Shown piece after piece: positions 46,136 to 54,525 of a DNA stretch of 64,000 nt (position 1 is its first letter; each line of letters begins with the position of its first letter). The position numbers were made by a program, and so were the translations under genes. Where the stretch lies: contig CAKPJX010000005.1 of the NCBI GenBank assembly GCA_934163035.1, positions 1,465-65,464 of the forward strand, read 5' to 3'. Source of the stretch: an uncultured Bacilli bacterium. Lineage in GTDB: Bacteria > Bacillota_I > Bacilli_A > RF39 > UBA660. Under the pieces are notes generated by a model. That model saw only the letters and a list, made by a program, of their open reading frames with translations, made no database searches and had not been told where the DNA came from.

Positions 46136-49018
46136 ATGTCATCTTATAAAGCTAATAGGAATGATGGAAACAGCGGTGTTTCTGATAAAGAAAGAGCAGA
46201 TAAAAATAATGCAAAAAACGTCCAAGTTGCTGCTGATGTAGCCATGCAATCCGGCCACCCAGTAGTTGCAGCAGTTGGTGGTGCAGTAAAAGTTGGTGAC
46301 ATGTTAACTGGTGGTAAAGTAAGTGGAGAGCTAGGTAAAGCCGCAACCAAAATTATGGACAAAACACCTGGTGGGAAACAACTACAGAATGTTTCAAATA
46401 AATTAAGTGAATCTGGAGCAAGTGATGCTATAGGCAAAGCTGCAGCAATTCAAGGGGGAACATCAGGCACACCAACCAGTGGAGCAACCAGTAGTGCAAC
46501 AGGTACAACCTCTCCAACAGTCGGAACCAATACTGGTAAATCAGGTGCAACGGGTACCACACCAACTACTGAACAAAATCCTCTATTGCCTGCATCATCA
46601 GATGGCCAAGCAACAGACAATAATATTGCTGGAGTACCACCTGGCGTTGGCAAAAAAAGAGGTTCTAGTTTATTAGACGATGATGATGATAAACAAAAAG
46701 TTGAATTAACAGGTCAGGCAACATTAAGCAAGGTTGCTAAGATTTCTATTTTAACCTCCCTTTTTGCATCACCATTTTTGATAGTTATTTTAGTTGTAAT
46801 GACAGCTACTACCGTATTTGGTACATATAAAGACGGACTTGGTATAAATACTGTTAGTGGAGGAAAAACAGGAAACATAGATTATGTAGAAGATAGTCAA
46901 GAAGCAACAGAATTTTACGAAAGAGTAAATGAAGTAAAGGAAGAAATGCTTAGAGAAGGAAAAAGTGTTGATGCATTTAGAATAGTTGCTGTGTACCATA
47001 TTCTATCAAAATACAATGGTAAATTATCATACAAAACGATGTCAAAGCAAAAAATAGAAAAGATAGCTGATGCCATGCTAAATAATGGCATGTATGATGA
47101 GGAAACTTTCAAAAATAATTTAGTAGATGATATTATAAAATCATATGTATCAAAAACTAGTAAAGAAAGAAGAGAAGCAATAGCAGATGAAATCTTTCAA
47201 TATATAGTAGATTATTATGAATTCATAGGTGAAGAGATGGATACTTGTGTATCATCGTCTGGAAATTGTGCATATAGCATAAAAGGATTTTATTCAAAAT
47301 CAACGGGAAACATAAGTAAAAATATGAACATTTCAAACTTAAAAGTGAGACTGATGCAGTGTGGTGGCGGTTACGGACGAGGAACATGGGGAAAACCTCT
47401 TGCTGGAGAAGAATTAATTGACTTTGAAAAGTATGTCCTAGGTGTAACCTATGGTGAGATTGGTACTAGTTTTAGTGATGAAGCTATCAAAGCCCAAATA
47501 GTTGCCGTAAGAAGTTTCTCACTCAGTAGACCTGCCATGATGAATAATAGTCTAGGAAAGAAATTATCACAGGAAAATAATCAATGGATTCTTCAAATGT
47601 CATCATGTGTAGCAGATCAAGTATATTGTGATCCAGATCAAGGTTGTTCAAGAATGAATGATGGTACCCAGGGTGGTACTATTAGAAGTGGACACTCAGT
47701 TGGAACCTTTAGATCACCTGCCTTACCATCTGACAGCAAACTAAGAACCCTAGCAAAAGAAGTAGAAGGTGAAGTCCTAGTAAATAATCAAGGAAACATA
47801 ATAAGTACCTCATATATAAATACAACACAGAACTTATTTAACAAATTGGCAAAACAGGGACTAAATTATAAACAAATATTGCTACAAGTATATAATCAAG
47901 GATCAACTAATTCTGGAGCCAAAGATGTAACTAAAATGAGTTGTGGAACCACTACAGGTATATGCAGTTCTTCAACAGGAGAATATGCTAGCTGGAAACA
48001 AACAGATTCAAGATGGAAAAATGTAAGTTTGGGTAATAGAACAGTTGGTCAGATCGGTTGTCTTGCAACTTCTGTCAGTATATTAGTAGCAAAAAGTGGT
48101 GTTCCTACCGTGCTTGGTGATAATTTTAATCCAGGAACTTTTGTTCAACACTTAAGTAAAAATGGTGGCTTCGTAAATGGAAACTTTATATGGGATTCAG
48201 TAAGCAAAGTAGCCCCAGGCTTCCAATATGCAGGCCGTAAAGACTTAAGTGGATATACTGATCAACAAAAAATTAATGCAATAAGAGATTTAGTATCACA
48301 AGGATACTATGTTACAATTCAAGTAAGTAGTTCAAATCCACAACACTGGGTTGCAGTTAATGATGTAGTTGGCAATCAAGTAAATATATATGATCCAAGT
48401 GATTCAAGGACAATATACGGTCAAAGATATCCTATCTCAAGAACCAAATTAGTTAGTTACTTTAAGGCTACCAAAACTGAAAGTAGTGGAGCTAGCACTA
48501 CTACACCAACATCCTCAGCTAAAGGATTCCAGTGGCCAATTGCTAAAGAGCACAGCGGAATGGCACAACTTAATAATAATAGATTATATAAAATGGAACA
48601 TAAAGGAATTGACATAACCGCAAAGTCTGCAAGCTATAAAGGTAAAATAAACATTATTGCAAGTTATGATGGAGTAGTTGAATATGCATACAACGATATT
48701 TCACCTAAATATGATAACTACTATGGCAAAAGTGGGGCAACAGCTTCTTGGATGCATGATGGTTTTGGAAACAGTATTAAAATTAGGCACTCATATAAGG
48801 GACAGATAATTTATACATATTATGCCCATTTAACTCAAGATGTAAGAGTTAAAGCAGGAGATAGAGTCGTAGCAGGTCAAGTAATAGCAACAATGGGATC
48901 AAGTGGAAATTCAACCGGAACACACCTTCACTTTGAAACAAGGGTTGGTAGTAGTTCAAGAACTTATACAAATAAGAATAACCCACTAAATTATGTATCA
49001 CCGAATAGTTACCCATAA
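46136..49018 (+). CDS. T4SS-associated multidomain cell-wall hydrolase (SpoIID-like + Cys peptidase-like + M23 peptidase)
   Basis: N-terminal G/T/S-rich region, TM ISILTSLFASPFLIVILVVMTATTVF. SpoIID-like YVLGVTYGEIGTSFSDEAIKAQIVAVRSFSLSRP...ADQVYCDP. GCLATSVSILVAKSG...HWVAVNDV (Cys/His). M23 HKGIDI...GNSTGTHLHFE. Confidence 0.8.
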   Translation: MSSYKANRNDGNSGVSDKERADKNNAKNVQVAADVAMQSGHPVVAAVGGAVKVGDMLTGGKVSGELGKAATKIMDKTPGGKQLQNVSNKLSESGASDAIGKAAAIQGGTSGTPTSGATSSATGTTSPTVGTNTGKSGATGTTPTTEQNPLLPASSDGQATDNNIAGVPPGVGKKRGSSLLDDDDDKQKVELTGQATLSKVAKISILTSLFASPFLIVILVVMTATTVFGTYKDGLGINTVSGGKTGNIDYVEDSQEATEFYERVNEVKEEMLREGKSVDAFRIVAVYHILSKYNGKLSYKTMSKQKIEKIADAMLNNGMYDEETFKNNLVDDIIKSYVSKTSKERREAIADEIFQYIVDYYEFIGEEMDTCVSSSGNCAYSIKGFYSKSTGNISKNMNISNLKVRLMQCGGGYGRGTWGKPLAGEELIDFEKYVLGVTYGEIGTSFSDEAIKAQIVAVRSFSLSRPAMMNNSLGKKLSQENNQWILQMSSCVADQVYCDPDQGCSRMNDGTQGGTIRSGHSVGTFRSPALPSDSKLRTLAKEVEGEVLVNNQGNIISTSYINTTQNLFNKLAKQGLNYKQILLQVYNQGSTNSGAKDVTKMSCGTTTGICSSSTGEYASWKQTDSRWKNVSLGNRTVGQIGCLATSVSILVAKSGVPTVLGDNFNPGTFVQHLSKNGGFVNGNFIWDSVSKVAPGFQYAGRKDLSGYTDQQKINAIRDLVSQGYYVTIQVSSSNPQHWVAVNDVVGNQVNIYDPSDSRTIYGQRYPISRTKLVSYFKATKTESSGASTTTPTSSAKGFQWPIAKEHSGMAQLNNNRLYKMEHKGIDITAKSASYKGKINIIASYDGVVEYAYNDISPKYDNYYGKSGATASWMHDGFGNSIKIRHSYKGQIIYTYYAHLTQDVRVKAGDRVVAGQVIATMGSSGNSTGTHLHFETRVGSSSRTYTNKNNPLNYVSPNSYP

Positions 49019-49096
49019 AACAAAAAAGTAGTATTAGCCAATGCTTATATATAATACAAGGCTATATTGTGTGCACTAAACTTATAGGAGGTTATT

Positions 49097-49882
49097 ATGA
49101 ACAAGAAAACTCGTTATATAGTATTATTAGTGATATTATTAATATATTTTGCAGTTCTATTTCTAATATATGGAAAAGATCATTTGAAAAGGGAAAAAGA
49201 AGAAACTGTCATAATAATAGGTAATAGCACAATCTGGAAAAAGGAAAAACAAAAATGGTCGACAATTAAATCCTTATCTGATAAAAAAGATCTAGGATGG
49301 AAATTATATGATACCTATATAGACAATAAAAAAATTGGAAAGTATTACTTGTGGAATGATAATACTGAATGGTTTCTATTTGATAAGAAAAAAAATGCAT
49401 ATAACTACCAAGGAGAATTATTAGCATATAGATCAAACTATAAAATGCCCGTTAAGTCATTTACTACAGAAACGGTAACAGACTACACATATTTAGAAAA
49501 ATTACTATCAGATAATAATCTATCAAACACAGGTACTCCAACAGTAAGTAGTGTGACTAAAGTTGATATTGACAGTGACGGAATTGATGAAAAAATTTAT
49601 GTATTTAGTAATGTATTTAGTGATGATGAAATACTTCCAGAGAATAGTTATTCATTTGTTTTTCTTGAGAAAGAATCTAAGACATATATGATGTATAGTT
49701 ATACAGATGAATTTGTCGGTTTATCTGGTTGCCAACCGTTTGTTGATTATTTAATAGATATAGATGAAGACAACAATTACGAAATAGTTTTAAAGTGTAG
49801 TCAGTATGATGAGTTACCTCCAATAAATACACTATATAAGTTTGATAAGGGTAAATTTATTGAAATAATAAATAATCAATAG
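49097..49882 (+). CDS. Membrane-anchored extracytoplasmic protein, unknown. Its position would fit a VirB8/TcpC/PrgL-like component.
   Basis: RBS AGGAGG and N-terminal TM YIVLLVILLIYFAVLFLIYG. No motif recognised, so the VirB8-like idea rests on position only. Confidence 0.45.
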   Translation: MNKKTRYIVLLVILLIYFAVLFLIYGKDHLKREKEETVIIIGNSTIWKKEKQKWSTIKSLSDKKDLGWKLYDTYIDNKKIGKYYLWNDNTEWFLFDKKKNAYNYQGELLAYRSNYKMPVKSFTTETVTDYTYLEKLLSDNNLSNTGTPTVSSVTKVDIDSDGIDEKIYVFSNVFSDDEILPENSYSFVFLEKESKTYMMYSYTDEFVGLSGCQPFVDYLIDIDEDNNYEIVLKCSQYDELPPINTLYKFDKGKFIEIINNQ

Positions 49883-49943
49883 ATAAAATAATGACTAAAC
49901 TAAAAGATAATGTTATAATAAAAAAAGAAAGGAAGTAGTTACT

Positions 49944-52202
49944 ATGAAATTAAAGTTTCGAGCAGACTCGCATGATTTATTAATATTCGGAATCTTTTCC
50001 ATATTTCTTTTATATGTCGTTGCCTTAGCTGTTATAAATCTAAAAACTTTTGCAGCAACAGGAGAGTTATATGGACTAAATCCATTTCCAGCATTTGAAC
50101 CAGAATATATTGTAACTACAATCACTTTTTATTTTATTGCCTTGGGAGCTTTATTTGCTAGTGTTAGTTCATACTTTTTCGAAAGAGAAAAAGGCTTTGG
50201 TCTAACGACCGAAAAAAAAGACAAAGGATATTCAAGATGGGCCAAAGCAAAAGAAATTAAAGAAGAGTTAGAGCAAGTACCGATTTTACAAAAAAATTCC
50301 AAAGCAGCTGGTATTCCACTGATTTTGAATGAACAAGAAATGTGGGTTGATAATGGTGAATACCATTCATTAATTATTGGTGCCACCGGTTCCGGAAAAA
50401 CTCAAGGAGTAGTTTTTCCACAGGTTCATAGTTTATCAAAAGCAAGAGAATCTATGATAATTACCGATCCAAAAGGTGAAATATATGAAAAAACAAGTAT
50501 GATGTTAAGGGATAGGGGCTATCAAATATTATTGTTAAATTTCCGTGATCCACAAAATGGTAGTGCTTGGAATCCTCTAACAATGCCATATAGAATGTAT
50601 AAAAGTGGTAATCAGGATAAAGCAATTGAGCTATTAGATGACTTAGCCCTAAATATTCTATATGATGAGTCAAACAAAAATGCTGACCCATTCTGGGAAA
50701 AAACTTCAGCTGACTATTTTTCAGGAGTAGCACTTGGCTTATTTGAAGATGCCAAAGAAGAGGAAATAAACATTAACAGTATTTCTTTAGCTACAACAGT
50801 CGGAGAAGAAAAATTTGGTGGTTCAACATATATAAAAGAGTACTTTGATGCTAAAGATCCATCCAGTGCAGCAGCCATAAATGCCTCAAGTACGATTACA
50901 GCTCCAACTGAAACAAAAGGAAGTATTTTATCGGTTTTCAAACAAAAGGTTAAATTATTTGCCTCACGTGATAATTTAAGTGAAATGTTATCGTACAGTA
51001 GTATAGATCTAGAAAGTATTGGTGAGAAACCTACCGCTGTATTTATTGTTATTCAAGATGAAAAAAAGACGTATCATTCATTAGTTACTATTTTATTAAA
51101 GCAGATATATGAAACATTAATATCAACTGCTCAAAAGCATGGTGGAAAATTACCTGTTAGAACCAACTTTATTCTTGATGAGTTTGCTAACATGCCTCCA
51201 TTAAAAGATGTTACAACAATGATTACCGCAGCTCGTTCAAGACTTATTAGATTTACTATGATTATCCAAAACTTTGCCCAACTAGATTCTGTATACGGAA
51301 AAGAAGATGCTGAAACAATTAGAGGTAACTGTGGAAATATTATTTATCTAATTACAACAGAATTAAAGGCATTAGAGGAAATATCAAAAATGTGTGGTGA
51401 AGTAAAATCTAAAAAAGATGATAAAACCGCTTCAACACCACTAGTAACTGTATCAGATCTTCAGAGAATGAAACAATATGAAACAGTAATATTACGTATG
51501 CGTAAACAACCATTCAAGACAAAATTAACTCCAAATTATAAAATTAATTGGGGTAAAAAATATCCAGATGCCGGCTATCCAGTAAGACCAAAAAGACAAG
51601 TTCATACATTTGATATTAAAGCGTTTGTAAAAGAACAAAAAAAGAAAAAGTTAATGGAGATGATGAATTCCTCATCTAGCAGTGCTGGAGCAGGTTCTAT
51701 GCCACCACTACCTGGTGGAATTCCAAGAATGCCAAACTTTCAAAGCACACCTTCTTTTGAGCCAAGGAAACCACTTAATAGTATAGATTCAGGCACTAAC
51801 AATCGCTTACCAATTACTCCAACTTTAAATCAAGATAATTTTATACCACCAGTACATGAAGAAAGAAGCAGGCCAAACAACAGTGGTAGTGGAAGCAACA
51901 ATTTAGGATTTGATGTTGATGAGTTAGTTAAGAAAATAGATGCTAAAATAGCAGAACTTGAAGAAGAAGAAAAACGAGAAAAAGAAAAACAGGAAAAAGA
52001 AAAACAAGCCAATTTCAATATCAACAATAAGCCAACAGCTATTCCATCAACTAATATAGCAAAGAAAGAGGAACTAATACCACAGAATAATAACCTTATT
52101 CCAAATAAAAGCGAGGCTAAAGTTGGTCAACAAGAAATCAATCTTGATTTACAAGACAATGAAGAAGATGATGACTTCTTTGATGATTTCTTTGATAATT
52201 AA
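49944..52202 (+). CDS. virD4: Type IV coupling protein (VirD4/TraG family) with a long low-complexity C-terminal tail
   Basis: Two N-terminal TMs, Walker A IIGATGSGKTQG, Walker B NFILDEFANMPPL, IIQNFAQL...RGNCGN. The tail ends in NEEDDDFFDDFFDN. Confidence 0.85.
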   Translation: MKLKFRADSHDLLIFGIFSIFLLYVVALAVINLKTFAATGELYGLNPFPAFEPEYIVTTITFYFIALGALFASVSSYFFEREKGFGLTTEKKDKGYSRWAKAKEIKEELEQVPILQKNSKAAGIPLILNEQEMWVDNGEYHSLIIGATGSGKTQGVVFPQVHSLSKARESMIITDPKGEIYEKTSMMLRDRGYQILLLNFRDPQNGSAWNPLTMPYRMYKSGNQDKAIELLDDLALNILYDESNKNADPFWEKTSADYFSGVALGLFEDAKEEEININSISLATTVGEEKFGGSTYIKEYFDAKDPSSAAAINASSTITAPTETKGSILSVFKQKVKLFASRDNLSEMLSYSSIDLESIGEKPTAVFIVIQDEKKTYHSLVTILLKQIYETLISTAQKHGGKLPVRTNFILDEFANMPPLKDVTTMITAARSRLIRFTMIIQNFAQLDSVYGKEDAETIRGNCGNIIYLITTELKALEEISKMCGEVKSKKDDKTASTPLVTVSDLQRMKQYETVILRMRKQPFKTKLTPNYKINWGKKYPDAGYPVRPKRQVHTFDIKAFVKEQKKKKLMEMMNSSSSSAGAGSMPPLPGGIPRMPNFQSTPSFEPRKPLNSIDSGTNNRLPITPTLNQDNFIPPVHEERSRPNNSGSGSNNLGFDVDELVKKIDAKIAELEEEEKREKEKQEKEKQANFNINNKPTAIPSTNIAKKEELIPQNNNLIPNKSEAKVGQQEINLDLQDNEEDDDFFDDFFDN

Positions 52203-52219
52203 AAGAGGGAGGAATTTAT

Positions 52220-53437
52220 ATGAGTTTAAATTTCAATGTAGGTAAAATAAATCCTGCTAAAGAAGAGGTTGAAGAAGAAAAAAAAGAAGATAAAGATGAT
52301 GAAGAATTTGATGAAGCTCCAAGAAATAACAATGAATTAAAATTAAGGCTAATTAAGTTAGCTTCACTACTTGGAGTTGCTATAGCAGCCCTTTTAGCAG
52401 TATTATTTATTATTTCATTATTTAATAAAAAAACATATAAATATGAAGATATTGAAACAATAATGCAAAAAGCTGCTATATCTTATTTCAAAAGCTATCC
52501 AGACAGCTTACCTAAAAATGAGAAACAAACAGCCCAAATTTCAGCAGCAACATTAATAAGTACAGGTAAAATGAAAGATTTAACTGAGTATACAAAGAAG
52601 GGTGTAATCTGTGATGGAAAAGTAGAAGTTGCTAAAAGAGGCGATGAATACATATATACACCTTACCTAACTTGTGGAGACGATTATAAAACTCAAAAAC
52701 TAAGTTCCTTAATAGCCTCAAGTGAGATAGTAAAAGAAGGATATGGACTATATAAAGTAGATAATTCATACATTTACAGAGGTGAATTAGTAGATAATTA
52801 TGTTCTAATAAATGAGAGATTATGGAGAATTGTTAAATTAGATTCAAATGAAAATAGTATCCTAGTTTTAGATAATATATTTTCATCACAAGTGCCATGG
52901 GATGATAGATATAATAATGAAAGAAAATACAACGCTGGTAATAATGTATTTTCAGCAAGTAGAATTAAAGAAACTCTAAATGCACTATATAATGGTGAAA
53001 TACTTGAAAATAAAGGAGAACTATTAGACAACAATACAAAAGCACATATGGTAAGCTTTGATCTATGTACAGGAAAAAGAAACTTAGATGATACTACACA
53101 CAATAATTCAACTGAATGTGCTAGCGTTGAAAAAGATGTTAAAATAGGTTTGTTAACAGTTTCTGATTATTTATTAGCTAGTATCGATTCAAACTGTACT
53201 GCTACAAATTCCAGATCTTGTCAAAACTACAATTACTTAAATAATAAAACAGATTTCTGGTTAGCAACAGCTCAAAATAACACAACATATCAAGTTTACA
53301 CAGTTAATACAAGCGGAGTAATAAAAGAGGAATCAGCTAGTAACTATGCTAATGCCAGAGCAGTAATTCATCTAAATTCAAATACTTTAGTAAAAAGTGG
53401 AACCGGTACAGAAAAAGATCCATACGTTATAAAATAG
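52220..53437 (+). CDS. Membrane-anchored extracellular protein, shorter paralog of 28462-30228
   Basis: Acidic N-terminus, TM LASLLGVAIAALLAVLFIISLF. LPKNEKQTAQISAATLISTGKMKD...C...C head. IYRGELVDNYVLINERLWRIV. C-terminus SGTGTEKDPYVIK. Confidence 0.6.
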   Translation: MSLNFNVGKINPAKEEVEEEKKEDKDDEEFDEAPRNNNELKLRLIKLASLLGVAIAALLAVLFIISLFNKKTYKYEDIETIMQKAAISYFKSYPDSLPKNEKQTAQISAATLISTGKMKDLTEYTKKGVICDGKVEVAKRGDEYIYTPYLTCGDDYKTQKLSSLIASSEIVKEGYGLYKVDNSYIYRGELVDNYVLINERLWRIVKLDSNENSILVLDNIFSSQVPWDDRYNNERKYNAGNNVFSASRIKETLNALYNGEILENKGELLDNNTKAHMVSFDLCTGKRNLDDTTHNNSTECASVEKDVKIGLLTVSDYLLASIDSNCTATNSRSCQNYNYLNNKTDFWLATAQNNTTYQVYTVNTSGVIKEESASNYANARAVIHLNSNTLVKSGTGTEKDPYVIK

Positions 53438-53466
53438 GAGTCTATAATTATCATAGATTCTTTTTT
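53438..53466 (+). terminator. Rho-independent terminator at the right end of the island
   Basis: GAGTCTAT / ATAGATTC hairpin (one G-U pair) followed by TTTTTT. Confidence 0.55.
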
Positions 53467-53493
53467 CTCATATTAATACTATGAGGTGAAAGA

Positions 53494-53748
53494 ATGAATA
53501 AAGACTTAAACCTAATTGATATTAGAAGCAATTCCAAATATAAAGAAGGACACATTCCTAATTCAATAAATATACCAGGACACTTGCTTTTAATGAATCC
53601 AAATTCATATTTAAAAAAAGATAAAACATATTATATATACTGTCAAACAGGATATACTAGTATGGATGTAGTAAATATTTTAAACAAAAAGGGTTATAAT
53701 ACAATAAATTTAGAAGGGGGATATAATAAGTATCTCTTAACTAAATAA
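53494..53748 (+). CDS. Single-domain rhodanese-like sulfurtransferase
   Basis: IDIRSNSKYKEGHIPNSINIP and active-site loop YCQTGYTS. Confidence 0.75.
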   Translation: MNKDLNLIDIRSNSKYKEGHIPNSINIPGHLLLMNPNSYLKKDKTYYIYCQTGYTSMDVVNILNKKGYNTINLEGGYNKYLLTK

Positions 53749-53757
53749 TAATCTAAT

Positions 53758-53832
53758 CAAAATAATAGTTTATTAGTGGAGTTATAAAGAAATTTTCTTT
53801 CATGATGACCCCATTTATTAACTATTATTTTG
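53758..53832. repeat. Long imperfect inverted repeat (13-bp perfect arms, extendable to about 22 bp), probably a long-stem terminator
   Basis: CAAAATAATAGTT...AACTATTATTTTG followed by TTTTAAAAG. The loop contains a second small hairpin, AAAGAAA/TTTCTTT. Confidence 0.6.
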
Positions 53833-53938
53833 TTTTAAAAGTAAAAAATAATCAGATAATATAAATAGAAAAATACTAATAATCTAAGACTTGATTTTAA
53901 TAATCAAAGTAACTATAATTAACCTAGAGGTGAAAAAC

Positions 53939-54517
53939 TTGGATATCATAAATAATATTGTTACATATTCAACCGAAGTAATTTCAAATGGTGGCTTTTT
54001 ATTTGGTATGCTAATAATAATTTTAGAATCATTTATACCAGCATTACCTCTTTGTGTCTTCATAGCCTTAAATACCAATGCCTTTGGACTAATACCTGGA
54101 ATTTTATTATCTTGGATTTCTACATGTATAGGCTGTTATTTATCATATTTGATATTCTATCATCTATCAAATGATTTTATATATAAACATTTAAGTAAAA
54201 AAACAAAAAACAAAATAGATAAGGCTATAGTAACTTTTAGAAATATTTCACTTCCAAACTTAGTTGTAATAATAACTCTTCCATTTACACCAGCCTTTTT
54301 AGTAAATATTTTAGCCGGACTAACATCAATGGATAAGAAAAAATTTATCGCAGCTATTTTAATAGGAAAAATATTTATGGTCATATTTTGGGGCTATGTC
54401 GGCAAAAGTCTTATCGATAGTATGACAGATATAAAAACAATAATAATAATTTTAATAATGGTTTTACTAGCATATATTACATCAAAAATTGTTAGTAAAA
54501 AAGCCAATATAGAGTAG
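53939..54517 (+). CDS. TVP38/TMEM64 (DedA-related, VTT domain) membrane protein
   Basis: LESFIPALPLCVF and PFTPAFLVNILAGLT motifs. Start moved to the TTG at 53939 after AGAGGTGA. Confidence 0.65.
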   Translation: MDIINNIVTYSTEVISNGGFLFGMLIIILESFIPALPLCVFIALNTNAFGLIPGILLSWISTCIGCYLSYLIFYHLSNDFIYKHLSKKTKNKIDKAIVTFRNISLPNLVVIITLPFTPAFLVNILAGLTSMDKKKFIAAILIGKIFMVIFWGYVGKSLIDSMTDIKTIIIILIMVLLAYITSKIVSKKANIE

Positions 54518-54525
54518 GAGTATTT

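Larger units (their letters stand above)
25098..53437 (+). other. Accessory island: sortase/secreted-protein block, Tad-type pilus block and Gram-positive T4SS block
   Basis: 24 co-directional ORFs between greA and a rhodanese gene. Component calls are listed below. No integrase or relaxase seen. Confidence 0.6.
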
